NCBI GenBank assembly: GCA_024137785.1 | Contig: JAHRHZ010000019.1 | Span: forward strand, 46,807,400 to 46,871,399 | Reading direction: 5' to 3' | DNA length: 64,000 nt | DNA from: Ginglymostoma cirratum | Taxonomy: Eukaryota | Shown: in pieces, positions 25,941 through 39,347 of the stretch | Layout: each line of letters begins with the position of its first letter | Position numbering within the stretch: the stretch's first letter is position 1 | The notes under the pieces: generated by a model | The model's input: only the letters and a program-made list of their open reading frames with translations | The model's database searches: none | What the model was told of the DNA's origin: nothing | Program-made: the position numbers and the translations under genes

Positions 25941-26164
25941 GATGCTGCCTGGCCTGCTGTGTTCTTCCAGCTCCAGACTGTATTATCCCTGACTCCAGCA
26001 TTGGCAGATCTTACTATCTCTGAGTAAAATAGGAATTGTGGGGTAGAGGATTAAGCTGTGTTTCTGGCAGCATTAAGAAAATGCATTGCTAAGAAAGGAA
26101 GGATCTAAATAAGCGTAAACAGTTTGTTGAAGAATTGTAAGTGTGATTAAATGTTCTCATATTT

Positions 26165-27080
26165 AGAATCCTAGGCCCAACCATATTCAACTGCTTCATC
26201 AGTGACTCTCCCTTCATCATAACATCAGAGGTGGGGATGTTCGTTGATACGTGCATAATGTCCAGCATCATTCACAACTCCTCAAGTATTGAAGCAGTCA
26301 ATGTCTAAATACAGCAAGACCTAAACAATATCCAGGTTTAATCAGTCAAGTAACACATAGCATTCACACCACAAAACTAACAATCAATGACCATCACCAA
26401 CAAGAGAGAATCTAATCACCCTTCCTTAACAACCAAAGCATTGATGACAGTGAATCTCCCACTATCAACATTCTAGGGGTTGACCAGAAACTGAACACTA
26501 AATACAGTGGCTACAAGAGAAGGTCAGCTAGGAATACTGCAAAGCCAGTCCCAAAGCCTGTCCACCACCTACAGGGAACAAGTCAGGAGAGTGATAGAAT
26601 ACTTCCCATTACTTGGATGAGCAACCACACTCAAGAAGGATCAGAAGCACCATCCAGGGCAAAGCAGAATGCTTTACTTACACCACATCCACAAATATTC
26701 ACTCCCTCCACCATTGATGCTCAGTAGCAACATTATGCCCCATCCACAAGAAATTCACCAAGGTTCCTCAGACAGAACCTTCTAAACCCTTGACAAGTTC
26801 CATCTAGAAGGACAGGGCAGCAGATATATGGAAATATCACCACTGGCAAATTCCCATTCAAGCAGCTCATCATCCTGATTTGGAAATGTATCACCATTCC
26901 TTCGGTGTCTCAGGATCAAAATCTTGGAACCCCATTCCTATCAGTATTGTGAGACTTCCAAATGGACTGCATGGTCCAAGAAGGCAGATAACTACCATCT
27001 TCTCAAGTGCGACTATGAATGATCAGTGAAGGCTGGCCCTACCAGTGATGCCCACTTCACGGAAATGAGTATATAAACAA
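26165..27080 (+). mobile_element. LINE family B, RT C-terminus and 3' UTR
   Basis: 'ILGPTIFNCFISDSPFIITSEVGMFVD' (RT core); 3' end ...gctggccctaccagtgatgcccac. Confidence 0.88.
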
Positions 27081-27179
27081 ATTAAGCAACAGAAACGGAC
27101 GCAAAGCACCATTAGTAAATTATAGGCTTCCTGACTGCAATAAGTTCACCATGCAATGTGTACATGCAAATTAGAAAGA

Positions 27180-28300
27180 CTTGTAAGAAGGACAATATGG
27201 TAATAATAAAGACTGTAAGTTGAGATACATTGGGAGAGAACTGATAATATGAGTAGGAAATGGAGTGGATGTATTGAATGCAGTATGCTCAAGTTCGTCT
27301 CAAAGCAGTATGTTTCTAATCAGACATAGGAACAGGCAAGGGATGGTGAGTAATGAACAGGATGTACAACTATTCATAACATTTTGTGAATACTGACCAT
27401 AATATGATGGACAAAAACAAAAATTGCTGGAAAAGCTGAGCAGGTCTGGCAGCATCTGTGAAGAGGAATCAGAGTTAATGTTTCAGGTCCAATGACCTGA
27501 ATTCACAGTTCCCTTCGGTTTTTACATCATATGATGAATTCACACTCTGCTTTGAAAGAAAGAATTGGTGTCACAAGGTTAAGCATTGAATTAAAAAGAA
27601 GTTAACATTAAATGTATGGTGAAAGAGTGGACTTTTTCTAAAAAATGAGTCAGTCTAAATATAGAATCTAATCTAAAAAAAGAGTTCTTGGATTGCAAAC
27701 AAACACTGAAATGTGTAATGAATATTTCTGCGATGATGTCAGGTGAGGACGACTTGAATCAGTATTAAGCAAAAAGTAAAATGATTTTTGAGTCAGGATG
27801 AATAATGATGAGAACATTTAGGACTGGGAAGATTTTCAATTGCAACAACAAAGGAACAATAAAACAAAAGGAAAGAAATTGAGGATCATTCCCAAAGTGC
27901 AAAACAGAGACAAAAATCATCAACATTTCATGGCTATGTCATAAGTTTCCCTGAGAAATATTCAATGTGTTTATGCGCTTGGAAAGCTGACATCTCACAT
28001 GTTTTGCTGAACCAGTTGGATTGTGGAGGAGCAGCCTCAGTCTGAGCTATTTCAGATTAGTTGTATGCAATGACTGATTGCGAAAGCAACAAATTGCTAG
28101 AGAATTTAGATTAAGCTAGTGATGAAAAGATGGCACGTGCAATTTCATGTAACAAGGAATGAGGTAATCAAGTGTTGACATAAACATGACAGATAGGAAT
28201 TGAATCTAAATGTGCAATCACTCATCGGTCACCAAAAGCTGTTCCACAACCTGCAAAAGAGCAAATGGGATGATGAAGTAATTGCCAGGAAGAAGTATAA
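27180..28300 (+). mobile_element. Heavily decayed CR1 fragments with a Penelope fold-back insert at ~27412-27525
   Basis: Patchy CR1 similarity; insert flanked by cat(a/c)atatgatg. Confidence 0.5.
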
Positions 28301-29569
28301 GGATACTGTTCCTGATGAGATGTGCTGATAATGCTGGCACCCATCAGATGATCAGGAATGGGAGAGTGAGATGACAGTATTTAGACATCATTTTTATCCA
28401 ATGATCAGACAATGGAACTTTACACAACTCTTCCTGATACATATAAGTTTATCACACACTACTTGCAATCATTCAATTCAGCTCTTGAAATGTGCCCAAA
28501 TAAACTTACTAGGTTTGATTTTCAAGCCTTCATCCATGTCAGAATACAGATTGAAAAGTATAATATCGGATCCAATTTCAGAATTTACCCTCCCCACCGC
28601 ACCCACCCCATTCCAGTCGTGTGGGATTTTATGTTCCATGCAATAAGTAGCAAGGTTGTAATCAGTAATCCCCACCCTAATTCATTGCGGGAGAAGGTAT
28701 TTTGAACATGAAGCAGGTCCATTTTGAAAGCAGTTGTGGTTAAGTGAGTTTCTTCGGAGTTCTAAACCATAGGGAATCCCCATTTCCACGTGGGAACCAA
28801 AGAAATATAATCACCTGTTGCTTAATTCTTTCATTGGCAAGCTTTAAGTACGAAAAAGATGTTCTTTCAGTTTCACTACTGAGATGATGTATTGCAAGTT
28901 GTCTGTTTTACTACAGCGCCTGATGAAAAATCTCCGTCCAGCAAAGCTGGACATTATATGACCACTATGGTTAAAGTGTGACATGAATTGTGACGCATGA
29001 ATTACCACAATGCAAGACTTAGGAGTCTGAATATGAGAAGAACTATCTAGTAATGTGAAAGCACAATAAACTTTCATACAAGTATTTAAAATGGAAAGGA
29101 GTAAGTAAACTGAGTGGTGATCCTCCAGAGAGCTGGCTGAATCATGCAGTCATTTTTGGTTAAGTCCTTGTAGATTCAAATCATTTTTTAGGGATTTCCT
29201 CCATGAGGCCATGTGAGTTTTTTCACTAAACTCACCTCATTAACTACCAACCCAACCCCAGTCCATCACAACTAATTCTGCCCCCATTTTAACACACATC
29301 AGCCCCAGAACAACTCACCAAGCTTCAGACAACCACCAAAACAGCAGCATCCCTTGCACCCATGACTTCTGTGTATCAAAGCAAGTGTTAGCAATCCAGT
29401 ATTACTCGTCACCAGCAATGTCAGTACACAGCACCCATAAAGGCACGTTGCCCAAGACACATAGCTGGCAATGCTGGCACTCCATCAGCAATGTGTTAGT
29501 TCAACAGCAAAACAGCACAACTTAGAAAAGGAACCAACGCACAGCGAGTTCAGCCTTGTGGAGTTACAA

Positions 29570-30705
29570 GGGTGTAAGATGAGGTTTGATCGTCTCTACT
29601 TCAATGCCAGGAGTATTTGAGATAACACAGATAAGTTAAGGCCATAGATTGACACATGGAACCGAAATATTGTTGCGAATACAGAGACGTGTTTGAAAAA
29701 AGTACAAGGCTGGCAACTTAACATTCTGGGGTACAGGATCTTCATGCAGGACAAGGGTGGGGGGGGTTAAAAAATGGAGGTGGTGTTTCATTATTAGTTG
29801 GGGACTCAGTTATTGCAGTAAGGAGGGATGGTATCTTGGGAGTGTGGTCAAATGAGGCTTTGTGGGAAGAAATTTGAAACAAAAAGGTGTCAGTCACATA
29901 GTGAAGAGTATATTATAGACGCACAAACAGTCAGTGAGGAATTGAGGAGCAGATATTTAGCCAATTTACTCAGGCATGTAAAGCTTATTAGGGGCCACCT
30001 GTGTGTGAAACCGAAGAACACTGGTCGAGAGTATTAAACGAGTATTTTACATATATCTTTAATCAGGAAAACAAAGATGCAAATACAGACTTTGAGAAGA
30101 TGAACTATGAAATTCTTGATATAAAAAGATTGATATAAAAAGTGAAGAGATTTTGGAGAATTTAAAAAAGAACAAATCCCCAGATCTGGATAAGTTGTAT
30201 CCCAGGACACTGTGGGAGATGAGGGAGACAATTACAGGGACCCTGACTCAAATTTTGTAAATTGTCTCTGGCCAAGGCGGAGGTACCAGAGGACTGGAGC
30301 ACAGTTAATGTGGTTCCACTTTACAAGAAGGGTGGTAGAGGTAGACCACTGAACTATAGAGCAGTGTGTTTCACATCGATGGTAGGGAAGCTATTGGAGA
30401 AAATAATAAAGGAGAGAATTAATCTTCATTTAGAGAGGAAAGGTTTGACCAGGGATAGTCAGCATGACTTTGTCAGAGGGCGATCACGTCTAATAAATCT
30501 GGTGGAAGTTTGAGAAGGTGACCAAGTGTTTTGATGAGGAGAGGGAAGTTAATGTAGTTTATATGGATTTCAGCAAGGCCTTTGACAAGGTCCTACATGG
30601 GAAACTGATAAATAAGGTAAAAGCTCTTGAGATCCAGCGCAAAGCAGCAAAATGGATTTAAAGTTAAAATTAGTGACAGAAGACAGAGGGTAACAGTAGA
30701 AGGTG
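29570..30705 (+). mobile_element. CR1 LINE ORF2 (EN and start of RT, internally deleted)
   Basis: 'LYFNARSI', 'NIVANTETCL', 'EVPEDWSTVNVVPLYKKG...NYRAV', 'YMDFSKAFDKVLHG'. Confidence 0.93.
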
Positions 30706-31029
30706 TTCCACGTGTGCAAACTTCAAATTCCAGTGTCAACCTGTGAGATTGGGAAGTATCAAATTCATGCTATAAGTGAAAACAAGAGAGCTGGTTTGGA
30801 AATACATTTGTAATCTCCTTTTTAAATTCAAATAAGAGGTATGCTTAAGCTACATGCTAAGGTGTTATGGCAGTGATTCTGCAATCTTCCCGTGAGGAAT
30901 TATGTTTATAAGAAAGGAACACAGCTCATAATATCAGATCTTGAGGAGTAACCCTTTCCATGAAAACTTTTATTGATTTGTCTTCACATGTTATCTCACC
31001 AATCACAATTTGTTTAAGAGCTTGTTTTG

Positions 31030-31157
31030 CAAATCTCATGAGAGTGTGATCTTCAGAGAAAGTGCTCAACTAGTCAGACTGCTGATTTTCACTCTAGCAC
31101 TGAAGATTCAAAACCTCACTCTCATGATTTCTGTGAGACTGCCGGTGAAAAGCCAGC
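31030..31157. repeat. Small palindromic (MITE-like) element
   Basis: aaatctcatgagagtg...atcttcag pairs with ctgaagat...cactctcatgattt. Confidence 0.5.
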
Positions 31158-32021
31158 TTCATTATGCTCATACATTATATCAATATTCAATGCCTGTTTC
31201 CTGTTCTGATCCTACAATGGAAAGGTAGTCAATTAAATATAACTGCAAAGATTTTACGTTTTCTTGTGCAGCTGAACTGTCAGATCAACCATTGTATTCC
31301 TTTGGGACCTGATCTTTGTTGGAATTCCACTATTAAAAGGTAAATGCTTTCAACTTATCGATTTCCCCTTTAAATACCTAGAGATTTTGCACAGTCTTTG
31401 CCACAGCAAATCATTCACCATAAACTCAGTTTCAAACCTAGAGTTAAGAGTTGTTACAGCTATTGCTGAAAATAATTATCTCACATGATGTAAAGTCAAT
31501 GGTTTGACTTTAAAACATCAAATAAGTCTCTTCCATTTTACATTAGATGATTCTGTATGCCTCCTAGAAACCTCTAAAAACCATTAAATGGTTCTTTGCT
31601 GTTCAGAAAGGCCCCCTAAAGGGACTCTTAACATGAAAAAGCCAGTGCAGTAAATGGAAAGTATATGGTAGGAAGTTTCTGATTTGTTACAACAGTTGAT
31701 GTGGAAAGGGCATACAAAAAGGTTGCAAAACTGAATTAGCACCATCTATCAACATTGAATGAGATGGGTGAAGCTCAGCTCTCTTTCTTAATGGTTTCTG
31801 GACACTGTCCAGTGTTCAATATATGGAGCTTCCTTTGGCACTGAAGCATTATACATTAATATCTTCCCAGATGTTCCCTTAAAGAGAGAGTTCCAATTAT
31901 ACGCACTATATTTTATTGAACTTTGCGCTGACAGTAATGTAAATGCTAAAAAATGAAGGTGACGGCCTTCTAAATTATAATTAGCAATATTCTTGGCTCA
32001 TGTCAAATCCAAGGTAGTAAG

Positions 32022-35000
32022 TGGCAACTCCACCCAGGCCAATATTCTGTCACCAAGTCACCCTTTATTTACATGTGGAGAGTCCTTGACACAGATCCAG
32101 CTTCCACAGAATCAGCTCTCAGATCGAACAGGATGACTGACACTCCTGTTCTTTTTTTTTCACTTCTTCCCCTACGCTATCCAGCAGAAGTGCTTATTTT
32201 CCCCAGCAACCTTGTTGTGCATGTGCAGTAAAAAACACCAAGTGTGCAGATAACTTTATTAACATATCACCACCAGGAAAATCACCCATGCCGCTATAGG
32301 GGCAATGCCTGTGTGAAAGAAAAAGCGAGGAGGAGAATAGGGATCAAATCAAAATAGAGTTTGTGGGGGAAATAAAGCAGTCCATACCCTGCAGTGCCCA
32401 CCTCTCCCAAAAGGCATCAAGAGCGCCAGAGCACACTGCGTGCTCCTTCTCCAGAGACATCCAGGCGCAGAATTAGCCATGGAAGAGGGGCAGGTAGTCA
32501 ATCATGATGACCCCTCCATAGCCCGCTGCCTGGAACTATTAATGGCCAGCTTGACCAGGACCAGGAGCAGACCCATGAGGAGATCCTCTGACTTGCCCGG
32601 TCCCCCTCTCCATACCGGGTGCCTAAAGGTCAGGAGTGTGGGGTTGAAGTGTAACCAAAAACTCAAAAGGAGGTTTTTGAGATAACTGAAAAGGGAACTG
32701 TCCTATTCTTATCTGTCAGCCACACTCCCCGATTGGACCAGATTAATAGCCCCAATCAGGGAATTCATTTTCTACCAGGTCCACCTAGCTGACCTCATCG
32801 TTATCACCACATCCCTCTCCCTCTGAATCTGAGCACATAAGCCGGTTGTCTTTTTTTTTGTAGCTTCTCTTGGGGTGTTTTAGCACTGAGTCAGGTTCCT
32901 CCAACTCTGCCTCTGATATGGGCGGCATGTATCACATGGTAGCTCGCCTCCTGCGCCCAGAGCATCTCGGAAGAAATTCATTCTCTTCTTCTGACAGCAA
33001 AGATGCCAAGGCAACAATATTTGCTGTGTCCATCTCAGATTCTGAGGTACCTTCAATGCTTGATGGAGATGGAGAACGCACAGGTTCCAGAACTGTTGGA
33101 AAAGCTGCTGAGGAGTTGGGCACATTTTGCTTCTGCACAGGTTGCAAGATTATAGCTTTCATAACGTCCACATGCTTTATAAGGACCGTCACACCCACCC
33201 AAACTTTATATGTCACTGAACCTGTCCTTGCATCGACCATGCCTCTTAACCCTGCAGGGCCATTCCCATGTAGCTTACACCAAACATGATCCCCTGAAGT
33301 AAACCGTCTCTCCTGCTTAGCAGATTCTAGTTTCTGTCATTGGTGTTCCTAATGCTCTTTCACCCTGCCCCCAGCTCAGGGAAGATCAAATTTAACCTGG
33401 TGTGGAGCCTTCTCCCATTGTCAATTCTGCTGGAGCTATCCCTGTAGTTGCAAGAGGGGTGACCCTACAATTAAATAGGATCTGGGGCAGTTTGGGATCT
33501 AGTGAAGCTGTAGACTGTTTGTTTAAGCCCGCCTTCAAAGTTTGAACTGCACTTTCTGCCAGATCATTGGATGAGAGATGGTATGGAGCTGTCCTTACAT
33601 GTTGAATAACATTTTCAACTTTGGGAAATACTCAAATTCCCTGCTGGTAATGATGGACTGTTATCTGTGACCAACAATTCTGGGAGTCTATGTATTGCAA
33701 GAGATGTGCGCAGTTTTTCTATCACTGTCCCCATGTTTGATGAATGAACTCTATGTCTTTCAAACACTTTAACTGGGCATAAACAATGACTAAGAACATC
33801 GAAAGGACCTGCATAGTAAACGTGTAACTGAGTCCAGGGTTTACCCAGCCATCCCTATGAATGTGGGGGAGCTGCTGGCAGTAATTTTTGTCCTTGTCGG
33901 CACTCTGGGCACTGACCTACCAACACGGCTATAAACTGCATCCAATCCTGGCCACCAGACATAACTTTCCACCAACATCTTCATTTTAGAAACCCTTGGA
34001 TGACTTGGTGGAGTTCAACCAGAATCTGGCAGTGACCTTTGCTCCGGACAATCACTCCTGCTCGCCATAATGACATGCCATCCTCTGCGGTGATCTGGTT
34101 TCTCCAGGTCCAAAAGGACTTCAGCTGTGGTTGTGGTGGCTCTTTGGTTTCCCCCATCACCATCAGTTGTTTCAGTTTTGCCAGGACCAGATCTTTGTGC
34201 ATCCAAAGTCTGATATTGTTAGCTGTGACTGGAAGTGTGTCTAGAAAATTTAAAACCATTGTGGACTGTTCCAGTGGCAGTACCACTGGTGGTGTATGTC
34301 AGCAGGAGGCAGCTCAGTGTATCTGTATTCGCTACTGGGCCTCCCAGACAGTGTTCCAGCTTGGAATCATATGCACTTAGTATAAGTGCCCACTGCTGAA
34401 TTCAGCCTGAAGTTATGGGTGGCATAGCCTTGTCCTCTTTAAGTAAACCTAGCAGAGGTTTGTGGTTCATTATTACAAATTTATATCTGTAAAGGTATTG
34501 ATGAAACTTCCTGACTCCAAATATGACTGCAATACCTTCCTTCTCTCTCTGGGTGTATTCACGCTTTACGTTAGCCAAAGTTTTGGATGCATAGGCTATT
34601 GGGCGTTCCTCTCCATTGGGCTACCTATGAACTAATACCAGCCTGATGCCGTATGGGGAGGCACCGCTTGTCAATGTCAGATCTCACTTGGGATCATAGT
34701 GTGCCAACACCTCGGAGGATGAGAGCTGTTTCTTCATTTCCCTGAAAACTGTGGCTTGGCTACGCGACCATTTCCAAGGCTGACTCTTTTTTAATAATTG
34801 ATGCAAAGGTTCCAGGTTATGTATGAACTTTCCATAATAATTCACCAGCCCGAGGAAAGACCTAAGTTCCAGCAGAGATGTGGGTGCTAGGGCACCTTTG
34901 ATCGCCCTCAGTTTATCTGCCAACAGAGGTAACACTGTCTTCTCAAATCTGTAGCACAAATAGGTCATTTGGGGTGCCTGGAACACACATTTATTCCATT

Positions 35001-36998
35001 CTAAGGCATATGCCTGCCTGGAAGAAATGTCAAAGGACTATGTCCAAGTTCTCTATGTGATCCTTATTGGTCTTCTCTGTTGTTTGCACATCATCTAGAT
35101 AAATGGCCACCCGGCATAGACCTTGTAAAACATTCTTCAATGTCCACTGAACAATTGCACAAGCTGATGATACCCCGGGTGGCAGTCTCGTATATTGGTA
35201 CAAACCCTTGTGGGTATTGATTGTGGCATACTTCTGGGAATTCTCATCTAACCACAATTGCAGGTGCGCATAGTTTAGGTCCAGCTTTGTAAAGGACAGC
35301 TCCCTGTCAGCTTTTTGTATAAATCCTCTATCTGAGGGATTGGGTATTTATCCAGCTGTGAAAAGCTGTTTGTCATTTGTTTAAAATCCCCACAAAGGCA
35401 AACCAACTCATAAGGCTTCACAATCGGTACGACTGGTGCTGCCCATTTCATAAACCGGACTGGTTTGATGATTCCTTCGGTTTTGAACCTTCTAATTTCT
35501 GCCTCTACTTTTGCCAGTGAGGCAAATGGCACTAGATGGGTCTTACAAAGTTGTGGAAATGCTTCTTGATCAACATGCAAGGTGACATTTGCTCCTTTGA
35601 TCATCCCTAGATCCGCCTGAAAATCTTCCCGGTATTTAATTATGACTTCACTCAGGCAGTTATTTTCTAATCAACAAATATTGAGCCAATGTCGGTGAAT
35701 CTTTCTCAACCAATTTCGCCCCAATAGGTTTGGGCCCCAGCCTTTTACTTTCTGCGATCACTGAAATGGCTACGCTGGTATCAACCTCCATTAGAACTGG
35801 GTGACCAGTTAACCAGACATTTATTTTGATTGGTTCTCGTTTGGATGTTGCTAAGCAATTTAACACTTCCAAAACAGATGTAGGTGAACTTTCCATGGTG
35901 TGCACTCTTCTGGATATTGGCCTCCATTTAGGTCTAGTGGAACTCTTGCTGTCTTGGGGTCACATACAGACAGCAACGACAGTGGTTTATCAGCCGAGAT
36001 CCTGAAGAAAATTTTAACCGTTTGGCTAAGGCTTGGCTTTGTTTTAGAGTTTAGCTGTGGGCTGACCTAGAGTCCCTCTGTTCAGGATATGTCCTGAGTG
36101 AGGCTATACAATTGCCTTCACTCAAGTGGTGTTCCCCAAGTTCAGACAGCTAGCAAGGGTGTCCACTCCATTGGAATACTCTGCAACTCATATGTTCCAT
36201 TTGCCACATTTTCTAAAGGTGAAGCCACTTATAATGCCTGTTTGAAGTCCAGGTGGGCTTCAGCTAGTAGGTTTTTTTTGCATTAATCATTAATCATTAA
36301 TCCTACATACCAAATTGTCTCTCAGCATCTCATTAAGGGTTAAACCAAAGTCATCTGCCATCTTAACCCCATCAAAAATCCCAAAATGGGTTCCCTTCAT
36401 TCTCCAGTTGCCGAGTAACACTGATAGCATCTCAGAATTAGAGGAGGCTTGAGGGTCATAACTTTCCTGAACTAAATCCATCAACTCTTGAAGGAGTATA
36501 GCATCTGGTGCCTCAGGGAAAATTAGGCTCTTAACATTCGAAAAAATTGCAGGTCTACAAGCTGGCAGGAGAATTACTTGCTGATTTTCATCTGCTCCAA
36601 TGTCATTTGCTGGGAAAAATATAACCATTCTTTCCACATACTGGGCCCAGTCTTCAATGGCAGGATCGAATGAGTCCAGCTTCCCAGATAACAGCATGAT
36701 ACCAGAAATACTTACCCCAACAGATGACTGTTGCAAGCAAATTCCTTCACGAGCATGCTTTCTTTCATCACCACTGAAATAACTCCACAGGGACCAACAT
36801 CCCATCACCAAATCACCCTACATTTACACATGGAGAATCCTTGACACTGATCCAGCTCCATCAGAGCCAGCTCTCAGAGTAAACAGGATGCCTGACACTC
36901 CTGTTCTTACGTGTCAGCCAAGAGGCCTTTAACCTGGTCCAATCAGGGACCTCATATTCTATGAGGTCCAACTGGCTGACCTCATTACAATCACTACA
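32022..36998 (-). mobile_element. Full-length, inactivated Ty3/Gypsy LTR retrotransposon
   Basis: LTRs 32022-32811 (interrupted) and 36775-36998, both TG...CA; 5-bp TSD GTAAG (32017-32021 and 36999-37003); PBS relic tggtgatga (36765-36773); PPT 32812-32824; gag 'GKLDSFDPAIEDWAQYVERM', PR 'MEVDTSVAISVI', RT 'YLDD', RNase H and integrase; many stops and frameshifts. Confidence 0.96.
32154..32700 (-). mobile_element. Tx1/L1-clade LINE 3' fragment inserted in the Gypsy 3' LTR
   Basis: Short T run at 32152-32160; TSD tcct(g/a)ttctt (32144-32153 and 32701-32710); reverse frame 'LFSYLKNLLLSFWLHFNPTLL...KSEDLLMGLLLVLVKLAINSSRQRAMEG'. Confidence 0.8.
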
Positions 36999-37037
36999 GT
37001 AAGTTATTTGTTGTCAAAGTAAACCTCCTTACTTTGC

Positions 37038-37480
37038 GAGATAACAAGGTGTGGGGCTGGATGAACACAGCAGGACAAGCAGCATCATAGGAGCAGGAAA
37101 GCTTGACGTTTTGGGCCTAGACCCTTCATCAGAAATGGGGGAGGAGAAGAGGGTTCTGAAATAAATAGGGAGAGAGGGGGAGGCGGATAGAGGATGGATA
37201 GAGGAGAGGATAGGTGGAGAGGAGGCAGACAAGTCGAAGAGGCGGGGATGGAGCCGGTAAAGGTGAGTGTAGGTGGGGGGGTAGGGAGGAGATAGGTCAG
37301 TCCAGGGAGGACGGACAGGTCAAGGGGGCGGGATGATGTTAGTAGATAGGAGATGGGGGTGGGGTTTGAGGTGGGAGGAGGGGATAGGTGAGAGGAAAAA
37401 CAGGTTAGGGAGGCGGAGATGAGCTGGGCTGGTTTTGGGATGCGGTTGGGGGAGGGGAGATTTTGAAGCTTGTGAAATCA
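37038..37480 (-). mobile_element. Penelope pLTR (same subfamily as 23138-24260)
   Basis: Near-identical to the 23177-23485 arm; hammerhead with a GAAA>AAAA change at ~37105-37133. Confidence 0.92.
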
Positions 37481-38239
37481 GGTTTGTGAACCTAAGTGGT
37501 ATCAAAATAGAATTAGAATTAGAATTGGGTTTTATTGTCATGTGTACTCAAGTAAAGAGATACAGGAGTTCCATGAAAAGTGTATAAAATCGCCACTCTG
37601 GCACCATTTTAGCTGCAAAAAATTAGCATTACCAGAAGCAACCATTTTCGATACAAAATCAAAACAATCATTTTAGATACAAAAAAAAAACAAAATAAAG
37701 GCAGAAATACAAGAAACAAGAAGAAAGGGAAAAGTAATAATAACTAGCAGATGAGAATTTCAAAATGGTGACAATACACCATAGCAGCCCTGAGAGAATG
37801 ACTTTAACATTTGTAAATTCATTGTCCAGAATGATGCTTCAAGCGTCAAAGGTTTTGATGCAAGGAATAAATAATCCTTTCATCATTGTATTATGCCTGC
37901 TCCCAAAGGTACATTTATCTTAACAGAAACAAGAAAGAAAATGCATGAAATATTAGCACACGCTGCTCAGACATTTGGGATAGGATATTAACAACTGTAT
38001 CACTGTCTGCAAGTACAGAAATAATCCTCATTAAGTAAAAAATGGGAAAGAAATTAAATGTGCATTACTTTAACCTAGAGCTGAGCGATTTGGGAGCACT
38101 AAACTATGCTGAAATTGAGGCCGTTGACAATGAATACAACTGCTGCTTCTGAAACTCTCCATAACCAATCAAACTGCAACATACTTGTTCTTCTGTTAGC
38201 CAGAACCTCATTGGATGAATGCTAAAGAGACAATAAAGA

Positions 38240-38440
38240 TTGTCACTGTAGTTCCAGGGGGAGCACATTTTTTTATTGGAAAGAGATGATGATGGTGATG
38301 GTTAAACCTGAGGGTCACCATGCCTCAGGTAAGAGGTGAGGTTGAGTAGGTGGAACTGTCATGGTAAACTCAGCCAGTGCAAGAACTGAACCCGTGCTGC
38401 TGGCATCCTTCTGCATCACAAACCAGCCATCCAGCTAACT
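38240..38440 (-). mobile_element. tRNA-derived SINE, third family (other copies ~56065-56190 and ~57250-57445)
   Basis: Reverse strand: agttagctggatggctgg...gggttcagttc head, then a cctgagg...cctcagg hairpin (degenerate in the 57.3-kb copy). Confidence 0.65.
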
Positions 38441-38454
38441 ACCCCCATTATTAA

Positions 38455-38700
38455 ACAATAGAAACATATATAAAATTTAGGAACAGGAGTCAACTGTTTG
38501 ACTCTCAAGCCGGTAAGATCATGACTAATCAGATGATGGCCTCCGCACACTTTCCTGACTATGCCATACCCCCTTGGACTCCTTTGTCAGTCAAGAATCG
38601 ATCTACTTCTTCCTGAACATCCAGTGACCCTGCCACCTCTGTCTTCGAAGAGAATTGTACAGGTTACGATCCTCAGAAGGAAAAAAACTTCTCATCATCA
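38455..38700 (-). mobile_element. CR1 3' UTR fragment
   Basis: aggaacaggagt...gatcatgactaatc...cctcagaaggaaaaaaacttctcatcatc is the reverse of the CR1 3' end. Confidence 0.7.
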
Positions 38701-38949
38701 ATGAGATGATGAAGCGCTTGAGCATTGCTTGTAAGTTGATAAAATATGAACATTTTGAAATAAGCAAAAGCTGTCTACCGAACAAATCCAATTACAACTC
38801 ACCCTACCACCCCACCCCAAAAAAATCACTTCGATAATCAATCAATAAAATGTAAGTTTCTGTTTCAGGTTTAATTCCTCACTTCAGATGTGTTTTACAC
38901 ATACTGAAGGGATCGAAAAGCCAAATTATTTTGAAACTCTTCCCTTAGA

Positions 38950-38963
38950 GTTGCTATAGCAAC
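38950..38963. promoter_or_regulatory. Perfect palindromic RFX X-box candidate
   Basis: GTTGCTATAGCAAC matches GTTRCYATRGYAAC and lies in non-repeat sequence. Confidence 0.45.
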
Positions 38964-39347
38964 CTTCATTTGTTATGAGTTCAAATCAGATGTTTTCTTT
39001 AGTCGAGCATTTTAATTAATTCTCCGTCACGTTTTCAGTTGCTGGAAATAAATGCTTGGATAATTTCTCTTTCCTGTAGCTGTTTCATTTTAGTAAAGAT
39101 TATAATAAATTAAAGTTGAAAAATATAGCACCCATGATTTTCTTCATTGTATAAGTTTTTTTGTTCTTTCTCTCCTTTCACAACCAGATCATTGCATTCA
39201 CTGTTGGAAAATACAGGGATACAACCTACTTCTCAGACTCTGTTCATGTTGTTCTTGAGCCACCTGCTGGAAGGTGTGTTTGAACACTGCAGATGCAAAA
39301 CTCTGAACTTATCCTCATTTTACCGAGAGGCATGATCCAGTGTAGAT

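Noticed and set aside
25504-26027. 165-aa ORFs, and the 214-aa ORF at 47649
   Set aside because: Artefacts of translating through N gaps
28918-28951. ctgatga followed by the hairpin gtccagc-aaa-gctggac as a hammerhead
   Set aside because: Spacing is wrong and there is no GAAA/NUH core; just a 7-bp hairpin
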